DNA from: Lingula anatina
Taxonomy: Eukaryota; Animalia; Brachiopoda
Length of the DNA: 64,000 nucleotides
Direction: 5' to 3'
Assembly: GCA_051362555.1 (NCBI GenBank)
Contig: CM120643.1
Coordinates: 2,232,001 to 2,296,000 of the forward strand
In this document: positions 48,385 through 62,290 of the stretch, piece by piece
How positions within the stretch are numbered: position 1 is the stretch's first letter
Layout of the letters: the number at the start of each line of letters is the position of its first letter
The notes under the pieces: model-generated
What the model saw: only the letters and a program-made list of their open reading frames with translations
Told to the model about the DNA's origin: nothing
The model's database searches: none
Translations under genes and position numbers: made by a program

Positions 48385-49095
48385 CGCACCATATTATCTC
48401 AGCTTATCCCACCTTCAAACCGCCTACAAGTGCTTACCAGGAAGCTTTCAACAAAAACTATGCCGCCAACTACTATTAACCATAAAATATGTATATATTA
48501 AGATTGAAGCCTCTTTAATACAAAATATCAGCATTAGTGAATTCCTGTATGTTTTGTCTATAAAGCACAACAACTCGGATGATACAGATTAAACGTAGTA
48601 TTGTTTTGAGTCAGTGATCACCAGTGTAGAATGACTGGACGAAGTATGGGGCAATTGCTATCTAACTATTCGTGTAAAATCTAATCATCTTAAAGCATTT
48701 TCTCTGAAGAATTATATCTCTTCCTCGTGGCTAATGCCTACCGCTTACTCATTCCCCCTGCTTGATGGGTACATGTACCTAGTTCTCTTTGAAGGTCGCA
48801 TTCGGAACAGATGATCTTTGGATCAAATATGGCGGACTCTACATGAAAGAAAGACCGTCTAATCATTTAATGGTCTCCCCGTCTCCACATGGATTAAGTT
48901 TTTTGCTTCAAGGTTTAATTGCTAGGCCCGTGCAGGGCAGGTGTTTGGAGGCTGAGAGACCATCAAGGATTTGGCGGTCTTCTTTTCATGTATGGTCCGC
49001 CATTTTTGATCTGCGGACCAGTTGATCCGAGGATCAATTGTTGTGAATGCGACTTTTAAAAGGTGACCACATTCCCCATTATTAAAACCCCCAAA

Positions 49096-49424
49096 GGTGG
49101 TGGTGGTGGTGGTGGTGGAGGTGGTGGTGGTGGTGGGGCTGGGGCTGGGGGTGGTGGTGGTGGTGGTGGTGGTGGTGGTGGGGCTGGGGGTGGTGGTGGT
49201 GGTGGTGGTGGTGGTGGTGGTGGGGCTGGGGGTGGTGGTGGTGGTGGGGGGGGGTTGGGGTGGTGGTGGGGCGGGGGTGGTGGTGGGGCGGGGGGGGTGG
49301 TGGTGGTGGTGGGTGGTGGTGGTGGGGGTGGGGGTGGGGGTGGGGCGGGGGGTGGTGGTGGTGGTGGGGGTGGGGGTGGTGGTGGGGCGATGGGTGGTGG
49401 TGGTGGTGGGGGTGGGGTGGGGTG
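49096..49424 (+). repeat. (GGT)n / G-run low-complexity tract
   Basis: About 330 bp of GGT repeats interrupted by GGGGCT and GGGGGT; explains the poly-G, poly-V and poly-W ORFs. Confidence 0.95.
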
Positions 49425-51691
49425 GACGGAAACAGTGACAGAAAAGGTCTGCCCTAAATCAAACTGTGACTTTTTTCTATACCATATCTTTTCAAGTGTT
49501 GTGAAAATGTCCCCTTTGCAGAAGAAACCCTCGTTTTGAAAATTACATGTTTACCGGCGACCCTTTAACTGTTGTGATTGTGCCTCCCAAAGTGTACTTG
49601 GATGTTTGGCAAAGAAGGAAGATAAAAATATGATACACATAAATAGAAAATTGATAAGATTTGTAAGAGGAAAAATGTAATTCGGAAGTCATTGTGTTTT
49701 CGTGTTTGACGTGGATGTGACTTTGGTCTCTTCTCGGTTTCTAGTATCTTACATTGCATGACGGAAAATACGAAGAATACGTCTTCTTGTGATAAAGCAA
49801 AGCTTACTGTTTGCCTAAATGTCGGAACCAATTTCATTTCTCAATCAAATCAGTGCTGCAAATGCTTCTTCGAATGAAAAACGTTTTTAAGTGTTTTGAA
49901 ATGAACGGGTCGGGAAAACATAATTACTGGTACACAATGAGGTTTTCGAAGAAACCAAATAAGACCATAAACATCTCCCATGAGAAAAAGATATGCACTT
50001 TAATCAAATGAATCCCACGAAACATGAACCAACAGACTCAATTATACCACAATTACAAGCTGGTAACTGCTGTTATACTGTGGCTGACCGAATGTACAGA
50101 ATAATGTACAGACAATTTAATGAAACGCGAGGTTTCATGTTGTTCATGTGGCACACAAGATATTTCAACCAACTAGATGATGGTAATAATGATAATAGCA
50201 ATAATAATAATAATAATAATAAACAATAGCAATAACGTAGCAGTTAATTAATTTCTTAAAACCGCGTGAGCATTGCTATGGGCGCTGTTTACAAATGCAT
50301 AATTATCCTCAAACCACAAATATTAATCTAGAATATTATAAAAAGGGGATAAAAGCTAAAAGAGACCTATTGTATATTGGCCTGGCCATTCATGCAGCAT
50401 TCTTAGCAAAAACAATTGTAACCATCTAAAATGCCTTTAAGAGAGACATTAATGTTGTTGACAAATAAAATTGTAACAGCAATTTAGAAATCCCATTGTG
50501 CATATGTTTATATCACCAAATTATATAAAAATGTAAAGGTCAACACACCTTAAGTTCTTGTTGAACGTCTCCTTTTCTTCAGCGACAGATGTTTACAAAT
50601 ACTGCAACCCGTAGAAAATTAATCTTAGGAACTGACCTTTTATTGATTTACCTAACACCCAACTGTTAATAAAATATTTGCCGCCATTATTCACTCGGGG
50701 GGGGGGGGGGATGGCGAAGGATATCATTCAATTCAATTTATTTCTGTACTGCTTCATATATAATCATGGCATAATATAATATAATATAATATAATATAAT
50801 AAAAACAATACAATTGGTGCAATACCATTCTCTAATTAGTCATTGGATTGCCAGTTTGTGAATATCTCAATATATGTGTAACTTACTGGAAAAACGCGAG
50901 CTGTAGAGTAATTTGGCTGTGGCTTATCGAAACGTGCTAACGGTTCTAACTTTTTATGTTGACAGCCGTTTTGTTCGTTCCTCAGAGGAAAGTTCCTGGA
51001 ACTTCGCGTGGTAGCTTCAGTGAGTAGAGGCAGTTAATGAGCAGTGACCCTGCTCCGTAATGGCGCATGTTGACATCTCTTGTTCTAATTATAAACCGAC
51101 GTTTTTCTCCATTACCTTTGACAGCGATCGATATCATTAGACAAGCCACGTCCGGATTTTCTTCATCAAAATAATCTTATGAAATAATTGAGAAGCAGTT
51201 TAGGTGTTTTGATCATCTTGTAACCTTAAGGACTTCTGTCTTCTTTGATTAATTACTGTCTAGAAAAACACAACGCATTGTAAAAGTACAGTGAGTGTAA
51301 ACAGGCTTACAGTGTACTGTACATAACAATAGACCGTCAGTGGAAGTAACATGGAGAAAAAAGTATACAGAATACGAGTGATTTTGTCTTTACTTATGTC
51401 GGCCAGTTCATCGAACGGGAAGAGGGGAGGCATACATATAATGAAATAAAACGACATAATTCGTAGGACAACAAAAAAGATGACGTTTTCTTTCAATTGT
51501 CCCCCAGGATTTCGCAGTGGCCTTTTGGTGACATCAAACATTGGCGTCGATCACTGTTAAATGTCCATGCACTTTGAGTTTTCCTGTAATTTTTTGTAAT
51601 TTCTTTTATCAGTAAGGCATACGTTATCCACAGCAGTTGAGAAAAGTATTTTGTATTTTCATAAAGCAAATTTCCGAGTTCTTAATTTGTA

Positions 51692-52056
51692 ATTACCTCC
51701 GCAAAGAAGGTTATATGTTTTCACCCCTGTTTGTCTGTTTGTTTGTCTGTTTGTCTGTCATCAACATAACTCAAAAAGTAAGGGACCGATTTTGATGAAA
51801 TTTTCAGGAACTCTCAGAGGTGGGCCAAGGAAGAGATGAGTAGTTTTTGGTGGTGTTCCGGATCAATAATCAATCAATAATCAATAATAAAAAACTAAGT
51901 TATGGACCGATTGTGATGAAATTTTCAGGAACTGTCAGAAGTGGGCCAAGGAACAGATGGTTAGTTTTTGGTGGTGATCCGGATCAATAATCAATCAATA
52001 ATCAATAAAAGAAATTTAAAAATTGCTGCCTGCCCCCTCGGAGTGCTTTTCTAGTT
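51692..52056 (+). mobile_element. Helitron/Helentron-like non-autonomous element with an internal ~120-bp tandem repeat
   Basis: ATTACCTCCGCAAAGAAGGTTAT start, GTCT/GTTT microsatellite, two copies of GGACCGATT..GATGAAATTTTCAGGAAC...CCGGATCAATAATC, and a CTAGT end. Confidence 0.65.
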
Positions 52057-53799
52057 CTTTTTGAAATCACAAGTGGTATTCATACACCTCCTTTACAAGA
52101 TTGACTCAAAAAGTGAAATTTTATAACTCAAAAACCGATTCATAGATCGTAAATTGGCCCACGGTTTTATGTGTAATATACATTGGCAATAAGAAAAGAA
52201 AAGAAAAGTGCTATAAACCCAAGAAAATTTCCAAGAATCGTGCTGCACAGGAACGTGTGACCTTAAGTCCTATGCCTGTGGGGTGGGAACGCCACTAGAT
52301 ATCGTCTGCACGTGCAGTTTTACCTGTCATGCCGATCTGATGACGATGTTTTGAAGATACTGATATCTCTGACGATGAGGTCTTGGGGATGAGTGTTTTG
52401 GTAGGCGTCTTATTAACACCCAAATATACAGATCTGCAGGCAACTAATTCACATTAAGTGTTCATTATCATCTCATTATGCTATCTCTCACTAAATCAAG
52501 CAATGACTCGCTATTAATGAGTTATAAACATTCGAACAAATGCCTCTATAATTATGCCCTGTGGCTCATACACACCTTCTAGTAAAAGTTACGTGGGTAC
52601 AAGCCGCACACCTTCGAGCAACTTTTCAGCTCACTACAACTTAATTGGACAGCGCTTATTCCTCAAAGTTATCACAATATATTTTTTCTACATTTACAAC
52701 TCGGACCCCGTACTTTCGTGAATTCTTTTCGTGCAGCGTCTTTGCGGGCGTAGGCGGTGGCTGTACGAAATCGTATAATAAAATAATATTAAGAATTACA
52801 TCATAATAGCATAGCAATAATTTGGGCCCTGATTTTATAGCACGAAGTTTTGTAAAGGGCCATTCGCAACGTAACTTTCGTTCTACATGGATCTGTCAAA
52901 CTGTGCAGGGACTCACGCTGAACACAACCAGATAAAGAGATTAACATGCCTCCCCCTAGCGTTGAAAAGAATACAGAAAAAGATGTTAATTATACGAGTA
53001 CGTTGGAAATATCAGGAGGCCTTTTTTAATATGTTACTCTGATTGCATTCAGCGACAGTACCCTCGGAGTTGGATCGATCTACAAGTACGTGGATCGATA
53101 GTTCCATTGGGAATGAGCCCTAGAAACGACTTCTATTTAGAATGGTGTACAGTAAAGGTTAGGTAGATAGATAGATAGTAATTTTCTTATTCATTTACCA
53201 ATTGCGAGCAGAATACTATATTCAAATGGAAACACTAATAAAACAAAAAGCACATTTCACATGCAACTAACTTTCGGCCTTTCCGTCTCCGACAACATCA
53301 AACATTAATAAACATGTACCATGAACGGTACCAGTATATGTACGTTTGAAAAATGTCTTGGTTATGGCAGTATGTTCCACAAAGTATATGTTTGCTATTA
53401 ACCTTGATAACGGTCAGACAATGGCAACGACAAACTCTTGTCGCTCTTGGAGATACAACTGTATATTATAATAACATAGCAGATAACTGGTGCTTGATTT
53501 CAAAGCATGACGTTTTGTTAGTTGACGTGCTGGATTTGACTTTTTTTTCCTGTTTTCATCCATTTGTCACTATAACATACACGAGTGAGTTCAAATCATA
53601 CCATGATATAATCTGATATAAGCTCCTATGAGGCAATTTCATGGTGCGTTTACGTTGAAGATAGGACGGCCAGGCTCGATACAACCTATCTGTATTGGCC
53701 GTCTGATTAAAGCTCACCAAAAGCAGCAACATACCCCCCCCCCCCGTCCTTATCTAGCACTACCAGTAGTCGCATTCCTTCTTACCACACCTCAGAGAT

Positions 53800-55608
53800 C
53801 TGAAAGATGTTTTACCAGACTGCCCTGACATTGGCTTGTTAATCGGTGGTGATGTACCTGACATCATGGTCCAGACAGACATCAGACGTGGTCCTCCGGG
53901 AACTCCCATAGCTATAAAGACTGTTCTTGGTTGGTCACTTCTTGGAAGATTGGCAGACCCGACTACGAAACAGCACCGTCTTCACGTCCTCCACGCTAGT
54001 TTCAAGTCCATTGACAGAGGGGATGCTGATCAATTTGAGAAATTTTTCACGACAGAATCATTTGGTTGCAAGTTTGAAGGCAATGCAGCAACTTCCGTAG
54101 ATGACAGACATGCCCAGAGCCAGCTTGACCAGAAAACCAGCTATAAATCTGGACGATACTCGGTTCCAATGCTGTGGAAAAACGAAGATACAGTTTTACC
54201 CTCAAACTACGTAATGGCTCTCAAGCGTTATCAGTTCCTGTGCCGCAAGTTGAGAACCAATCCAGAGCGATTCCGTAGCTACTCTGACACAGAAAGATGA
54301 CAGGCAGTGAAGTCCATACACAGAGCCCTAACACCTGGTATTTGCCGCATCATGACGTTTACACTTCGAATAAGACCAGAGTCGTTCAAGACTGTGCAGC
54401 CAGATATGCAGGGACGTCGCTGAACGACAAGTTACTTACAGGTCCAGACCTCCTCACCCTGAGCTTCAGAGCTAACTTGACACTAACCTTTTCACTGTAG
54501 CCTATCTCCATCGTGTCAAGTAACCTCTGACCAGATTCGAGTGCCCCCGCCGCCCGCCAATCAAATTTAAAGCCCGCACTCAATGACTCATTGAACGATC
54601 TAGCCAATGAACGCGAACGAGTCAAAGCGCGCTTTGTTCAAATCCGGACCAATCAAAGATAAGGCTGAATATCAGGGACTTGCCGTAACCTGTGGGCAGC
54701 ACGCAAAATACATCATCCCTCAGTAGATAATGATGCAGGGCATCATACTGCTCTGGTTTCAATTCCGATATACTCCATGCTTTCTTTGTGTACGGTTATG
54801 CACTCGGAACCACTCGGAACTACTCGGATGTCTCCGCACTCGACAATTACTATGTTGTTAGTATGGAGCTTGCGGAATCAGCCGAGGATTGCCGATTGAC
54901 TATCAACCAATCAGCGTTTTCACCAAACTTTGGTGAAAAATTTTGAAACATGGATTCGATTGGCTTATATAAAATAGGTCAAACTATTTTCGTCAGAGGT
55001 TACTTGACACGATGGAGATAGGCTACAGTGAAAAGGTTAGTGTCAAGTTAGCTCTGAAGCTCAGGGTGGACCTCCTCAACAGTTTGACAGCAGTTCTACT
55101 GAACTTCCGACGGGGATCCATTGGTTTATCTGCAGACATTGAGTCCATGTTTCACAGAGTGCTGTGTTTGAAAACTGACAGAGACTGTTTACGTTTCCTG
55201 TGGTCTGATGATCTACGCATTGAACAGCCTGACACGTATCAGATGTGCGTTCATCCATTTGGTGCCAAGTCGTCTCCCACGTGTGCCAACTATGCTTTGT
55301 GCTGTACAGCAACTGACAACACCGACACGTTTTCTTCCCTAGCAGTTGAAACTACACTGCGGAACTTCTACATGGATGATTTATGTACCAATCAACCATC
55401 TGTGGACCAACCAACCATATCCTTATCCCATGAATTGGTGGATCTACTGAGCATTGGTGGATTTCGTTTGACGAAGTGGGTATCCAACTCCAGAGATGTA
55501 TTGTCCTCCCTCCCTGCATCAGAAGTTGCTATCAAGAACTTTGACCTCTCTATGGATGCCTTGCCTTCCCAGCGGGTACTCGGCTTCATATGGGACACTA
55601 ATGATTAA
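53800..55608 (+). mobile_element. Decayed BEL/Pao LTR retrotransposon pol fragment
   Basis: [65 protein letters not shown] and GGFRLTKW motifs; frameshift near 54297; RNase H and integrase missing. Confidence 0.93.
54455..55068. mobile_element. 614-bp non-autonomous DNA transposon (P- or hAT-like) inserted in the BEL RT
   Basis: 77-bp perfect TIRs (54455-54531 and 54992-55068) starting CACCCTGAGC; 8-bp TSD GACCTCCT; removal restores [19 protein letters not shown]. Confidence 0.95.
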
Positions 55609-55667
55609 TTATATATTTAATTTTTGACACTGTCGCTTCCAGTTAGTCGTGTTACTGCGAGGGGGTA

Positions 55668-56339
55668 TGTCAGCGACAGTTACTCAACTCCCCTACTTAA
55701 TGAACTCTGCCAATAGTGAACGCATTCAACACCGTAACTGAGCAGTTTTTGCGTCCAGCTGCTATATAAGCTGGACGTTTTCTACAGCGGTATGCAGTGC
55801 GGCATCGACACACTCCGACGACCACAGCTTGTAGCAACGACAGGCGGCTCAACAGCAGCGGTTCTCTCCAGCGCCTCGCACCGGCCCACGACTCCGCGGT
55901 CACCCCGGCGGCTCGACAGCAGCGGTTCTCTCCTGCGCCTCTCACCGGCCTACGACTCCGCGGTCACCCCGGCGGCTCGACAGCAGCGGTTCTCTCCAGC
56001 GCCTCGCACCGGCCTACGACTCCGCGGTCACCCAGGCGGCTCGACAGCGGTCTACTCCTGCTGCAATCATCGGCCCAAGACTCGACGGTCACCCCGGCAG
56101 CTCGATATCGGTCTACTCGACTCCTGCGCCACTCACTGCCCACGACCCAGCAGTCATCCCGGCGGCTTACGACAGTAGTACCTCTCGATAGCAGTCCAAC
56201 CGACAGCGATCCATTTCGATTTGGTTTAATTTTATTTTCATTCAATTTTTGTAACCATTTATTCGCTATTAAATTATTTATTTATTTATTTACTTCGTTC
56301 TTGTTGCTTCTATCACCGTCTCGTCCTCAACAGACAACA
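55668..56339 (+). mobile_element. Probable 3' LTR containing a 64-bp tandem array
   Basis: Purine tract GAGGGGG, then TGT...ACA termini; TATATAA at ~55763; ATTAAA at ~56268; 64-bp units starting 55845, 55909 and 55973 plus degenerate copies. Confidence 0.65.
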
Positions 56340-59300
56340 TTGGAAATGTGGATAGACATATACCTGATGCTATATACGGTTAGAAGACTTTTCGAGAATG
56401 GTCGAGAAGACTCGGTTTATCTTTAATTGGTACGCACCATTAAAGTCTGCATGTGAGCTGTTGACATTGTCGATAGATGACAAAGTTATTTCTTTGAGCA
56501 GCAGCTTCTCTCATGACAAGTAATGAAAAACAATGGCGATGTAGGAGGCAATACACGTCGTTTGGCATGGATTTCTTTATGACAGTTCTCAAAATAGCCG
56601 AGCTCTGAAAGGCAAAACTCGTAAACACGATTAACGTCGGTGCGAGTCTCGGAACAAACAGGTTTTCAGTTGCAAGGGTTATTCTTCTTTTGTTTGTACT
56701 GTGCAATTGTATTATTGGCCGAGTATGTCCACTTGCTTTCCTGCCATTCCACATACATACGTGCGTATGTGCCTGCACGCATGCCTGTGTGTCCGCGCGT
56801 CTGCCCTTCCTTATCTCTCTGTACTTGTTCCCCTACAGGGTATGTGTCTGTATACCCGTCTCCCGCCCACCTTCCTGTGCGGAGGAAAGGGTGCATGTGC
56901 ATTTGTATGTATTGTTACATGTACATATTAAGACGCGCCATTCTCGCAAAAGATAAGTCTGCAGAATGCATAATCCAGCTTGCTGATTCTATTTCAACTC
57001 TCATGTTATTTTTTAAGCCCCCCCCCCCCCTTTATTGTTCCAAACGTCCATGTTTACTTTTTACTTAAGAATGACTTTTCATTGATTTTCTGGTAAGGGG
57101 ACTTGTGATGAAATAAAATACAGTTCACGTTCATAATATATCAGCATAATATATGTATCTTGGTGGAGTGGTCTGTTCTTTTTTTTTTAAGGAGGCCCCA
57201 TTTATGAACAGTGGACTAATTAGTCCGAGGATCAAATATGGCGGCCAACTACAAAGCTTGCCGTCTGATCCGCTAATAGACATTGAATAGATATCCCATG
57301 GGGAAGTATTCAAGTGGGTAGTCCATATTTGATCCTCGGACTAATTATTCCCCTATTCTGAATGGGGCCTTAATGTACAAGTCCGTGAAAACCAGTGTCT
57401 TGTACTACGAATATGAGGGTATCGCAAGGGGTAGTGGCATACTGCCTGCACATGTGTGTTTGGTGTTTGGCTTTTTGTTTTCAGAGCCATCCGTGGTAGA
57501 ACATTTCACAATGAATTTAAAAGGAAAAGAAACAGCAATGGCCCTAGAAAGGAAAACAAGGAAAGTTTCCGTGTAAGCAACATACAGATTGTTAATCAAA
57601 GAATTGCAGAACTCACAAAAAGCACCAACGGACCCCTTTTTTTTACAGAGGCTTAGCCATATGAGAGAAGAACGTAAAAAACCTGTTCAAAAAGTCAGCA
57701 TTTTTATTAGTCCCATCTTTAATACGTGGGAAGAAAATCACTATAGAACCGGAACAGAACAGCACTACAGTACGGACATTACATACACTTCATCTTATCC
57801 CCATCTTATCTCATCCATATCTTTTTTTTTTTTTCTTTTTCGCATTTTATCATTTGGTTTGCTTTGCATTGGAATGGATATTCGTTTTGACAATATTTGA
57901 CAAAAAATATATTTCTTTGGAGTGCTTTAAGTCCATTGTCATTAAAACAGAATACTTCGTATATGTCTATGACGATGTGGCCAATGCAAATCTACATTTA
58001 CTGGGTATATATGTTCCAATGGGAAAGAAACCGGCTTAGAAAGAGAAAACAAATCAAAAACCACGAGGCCTATAATGCTCTTTCACACAAAGCAACGATA
58101 CGTAGGCTATAAACGGTCTAAGCTCAGATATCAACTGTAATTATATTGGTCGTGTAAGGTACGTTTTACAAAATCTGTAATTATAAAGCTATTTATTTTA
58201 TCCTTTTGTAAGAAAATAAAACCCTTTAATTGCGTGGATATACCGGTTTGTATCCTCCGGGGATTTATTTAGCCGACTTATGGAATTAAGTCAACCACTT
58301 TTAAGTGGGCTTGACGTTCTTAGAACGGCTTAAAACGGGCACTGCTAAGCTGACCTCAACTAACAAGCTATCTGAGTTTAATAGGCTTATGGAAGCTTTT
58401 TTAAAGAATCTGTTTCGACAAAAGGATCTGTGATACTGCGAGGTACGTTTTCTTTAATACCCGTCCCATTATACACGTTAATACATAGGAGGAACGCATG
58501 TCTTCCAACTAATTCATAGCCCGGCTTATCCCACGCTTCCTCTCGCTGTCTTTGAAAGCGACATCATCTCCATTGGCGTGAGGTTAACTTTTACTGAAAC
58601 CAGATTTATGAATTAATTTGCGGTTACGTGAGGCTTCTGCTTCGATATCATGAAAAACGGAAGGCTGGACGGCTGTGTTGTCTCTGAAGACAATGCAGGT
58701 CTCTGGAAATATTAGCCATCACGCTGAATGGAAAGCGTGCTGAATGGAAAGCGTGCACATGGTTTCTTGTGACAGCAAAGTTGACAATAATTTTTTCATT
58801 GAAAACTGGAAATTCGTGATAATTTCAGGGTGTTTGTGTGTCTGGAGACAAGGCGAGACATTTCGTGCTGCAAATTAAGACAAAAGGCGCAGCTCGCTTT
58901 CGGTTGGTTTCTACTTGCATGGACGACAGAAGACACTGTATCCAATATTTCTGATTGAAACATTCAGTTATTGTTTTTTTCTTCTTCTAGTGTCCTCCTT
59001 GCATTTTGAGTATACTTGACGAGTTTAATTTTTTTTTTCGAGTTCCAAATTCCAAATTCTTACAACTGTGTAACAAGTAAACGGTTACGCGGTTTGCTTG
59101 CATGTCCGCTCAGCTCAAAAATCAATTTTTGAATGGTTTAGTGATATTCATTAAGGCTGTAAAGCGACACCGATGTCTACTAAAAATATCTATAGTAAAA
59201 GAAATACAAAGGATCTGTCAAATCACTGTCATTCCTCTCCTCCAATTATTCACTTCTTGTTTCATTAACTCTATACGTATAGTCGTGCAGAGGCCTTGCG

Positions 59301-61057
59301 CCACAGAACGACACCATGCCTTAATTATGTGCGGAAGCTATCGTGGGCAGATAGGAAATCGCATTCAAGAATGTCAAGACAATGATCACTTCAATTGGTC
59401 TCCTCACGGAACCTTCTCCATACACCCAATGTGACAGGAATGGTAGTCCGCTAGGAACCGTAGTCTGTTCCCCATTACTTTGTACAGGTGACATACGCCC
59501 CATATTCTAGTACTTACCACAATACCGCTACTAACCCTAACCTGTACAAATCATACGGGACCCCAGACTTCCATTCCTGTCACACTGGACGTCCATTCCT
59601 AGGGTCATTATTCCTTCCACAACCTTGCTAAATTCAAAACCAACCTCTGGTCGAATAAAAGGAAAGATAATGTTGATTTTCCATTGACCTGTATAGGAAT
59701 TTGGATATGGGGATTTATTTTGAAAAAACAATTGATATTTATTTTGTCTAATTTTCTGAGGAAGCCTAGTATAGGTCACTGAAAATGGGTGGGTTGCTTA
59801 TTTTGCCGAAATAAACAGTGCAGATATTCTTTTGAGAAATGTATTTTAAAATATGATAGGAGGTCTATACACAAGTGCAACAAAACTGACGACTGAGTTG
59901 TTTTGACTAATCTAATCTCGAAATAGCACAGGTTGAGAAAAATCGATCCCTTTGGAAACAAATAACATGAAATGTCAACCAAAATGATTTCTTTCACACG
60001 CAATGTGATATGTCGTGTTTGTCTGCATGGAAGTTTACACACCACGTTGGGAACACGTGTTTGTCAGGTTCCAACGACTTAGCAACGTGTAAACGGTAGC
60101 GTACGTGTTAGCCATGTAGGTTGGTCCCATTGTAGGTCTCAACGGATATATATTATGGTAATATTCAAGAAATAACAAAGTTGAAAGATGAATGTTGGTT
60201 CCGTGGATACATTTCAAAAGTCACGTTGAGCTCCATGCCTTCCTGCAAATTCCATAAGGAAAACCGCAACTACTCTATTTAAATGTGAAATCGCTTCCTT
60301 CTCGTCAACATAAAAGCTCTTCTATGCAATTATACGGTCAAATAGTACAATTATAAATGTATATGAAAATCCTTCTGGTAAACCATATATAAGACAAAAA
60401 ATGAAAGGCCTGCAACTTCAGCTCATCTGTGTAGTGGTTAGTGTGCAAGACTATAAAGTAATTATTCACGAATCGCGCTGTTACATACTTGGGTTCGAGA
60501 CATACCTCTGATGTGACCTTACCCTCTTCCACCCACTCCTTATTATAGCTTACTGTATATTGGTGTTTTAATGTGTAATATTCTAAACCCTGTGATTATT
60601 ACACTTTTTTATTGTCTCGTTTTTTTAAGCCTCAAACCGCCAAAATACCAAAGGAATTTTACATGACATTATATTTCTAATTCTAAAGTGTCTTGGTTTG
60701 TTTTAGGTCCTTTATCCATAAGCAAATTTCAATTTGGGATTTTTTTTTTAAATTTCTGTGAGTGTAAATAGTAAAATTAATCTAAGAACTAAGATCCCGT
60801 GTTTTGTGTAAAGTGATTTTCCCCTATTTTAAGGCCTAAGAAGGTCAATGACACATGTCAAAATATGTGTTTACTACAAGAAAAATACAGAAAATAAAAT
60901 AAATGAAGAAAAACTATGGGAAGAAAAATGTTGTTTTTGTTACTAATAATATATATACTAATAACATATAGGACACTAAATGCAATGCAGACGGCGATGT
61001 TTTAAAGTTTAGCACTACTATCGCAATCGTTGTGTTTTGTTTGCCAGGTAAGTTCTG

Positions 61058-61204
61058 GGCTCCGTAACTCGAAAGCATCGCGAATTGCGACCGATCGCAA
61101 GCGTCTCGATTCCATTACTCGGGATTTACTCGCCCCATATAGACCCTAATAGCCTCGATTTAAAAGGCGATTCGCAATTCGCGATGCTTTGGAGTAACGG
61201 AGCC
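61058..61204. mobile_element. 147-bp Harbinger-type MITE
   Basis: TIR GGCTCCGT(A/T)ACTC(G/C)AAAGCATCGCGAATTGCGA; TSD CTG; the empty site GTAAATTCTGCAAG is visible in paralogous units (~38610, ~61780). Confidence 0.9.
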
Positions 61205-61326
61205 CTGTAAGGAGCTGAAAACTACTGTTACCGTTTCCCTTAACTGTCATCTTCCTTTGAAACACGAAAAGCGTTTATGTAACATGATGAGTGGTATTTG
61301 TGAACGGAAACGTTTGTATGATTTAC

Positions 61327-61370
<44 letters not shown>

Positions 61371-62248
61371 AGGATTTGGTGCACAATTACAAAAAGGAAA
61401 GAAAAGTAAGATACAAATAATATATTTTGGCCGGGCCGAAGCCTCAGAAAAATGCCAGGGGGGGGCAGTAAGCGGACACGAGGGGGCGAAGGGGGGAGGG
61501 GGGTCCCCCTGTGTGGAAAATTTTTAAAAACTGTATGTATAATAGGCCTACTGCATTCTGGTGCATTTTAACTGTTATTTATTGCTCAATCAAAAGTCAA
61601 AAATTGTGGGTTCATTTTGCCATATTTGCACCTCAAATCCCAGGGGGGGGGCAGCTGCCCCCCCCCCCTGCCCCCCTGGAGGCTAGCTACGGCCCTGTTT
61701 GGACACCACGTGCAATGCAGGCGGCGAAGTTTTAAATATAAACACTACTATCGCAATCGTTGTGTTTTGTTTACCAGGTAAATTCTGCAAGGCGTTGGAA
61801 ACTACTGTTACTGTGTTCCTTAATTGTCATCTACCTTTGAAACATGAAAAGTGTAGCAGGATGAGTTGTATTTGTAAATGACTCTATGATTTACAGTAGA
61901 TCAAGATGAGAGACAGAGAGAGAGAAGGACTTGGTGCAATTACAAAATGGAAAGAAAAATAAGATACTAATAACATGTATGTATAGGACACCAAATGCAA
62001 TGCAGAAGGTGATGTTTTACAGATAATTACAACTATCGCGATCGCTGTGTTTTGTTTACCAGGTAAATTCTGGAAGGCCATGGAAACTACTCAATTGTCA
62101 TTTTCCTTTAACACATGAAAAACATGGCATGATGAGAGGCGTAAACGGAATTATGTTTTTATGATTTACAGTAAACGAGAGAGATAGAGAAAGAGGAGAG
62201 AGATTGTGTCATGACTAAAACAGTGTTTTGCGATTTATTTTCTTTCAA

Positions 62249-62290
<42 letters not shown>

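Noticed and set aside
49063-49539. Glycine-rich 158-aa ORF
   Set aside because: GTG start, no signal peptide; product of the (GGT)n tract.
51110-52440. Other possible phase-1 upstream exons for the calmodulin-like gene (donors near 51117 and 52324)
   Set aside because: No EF-hand sequence and no promoter support; cannot be distinguished from chance splice motifs.
55697-56426. Overlapping ORFs of 82-209 aa
   Set aside because: Produced by the GC-rich 64-bp tandem array in the LTR.
60420-60505. tRNA-like A box (TAGTGGTTA) and B box (GGTTCGAGAC)
   Set aside because: I could not fold a cloverleaf; at most a decayed SINE head.
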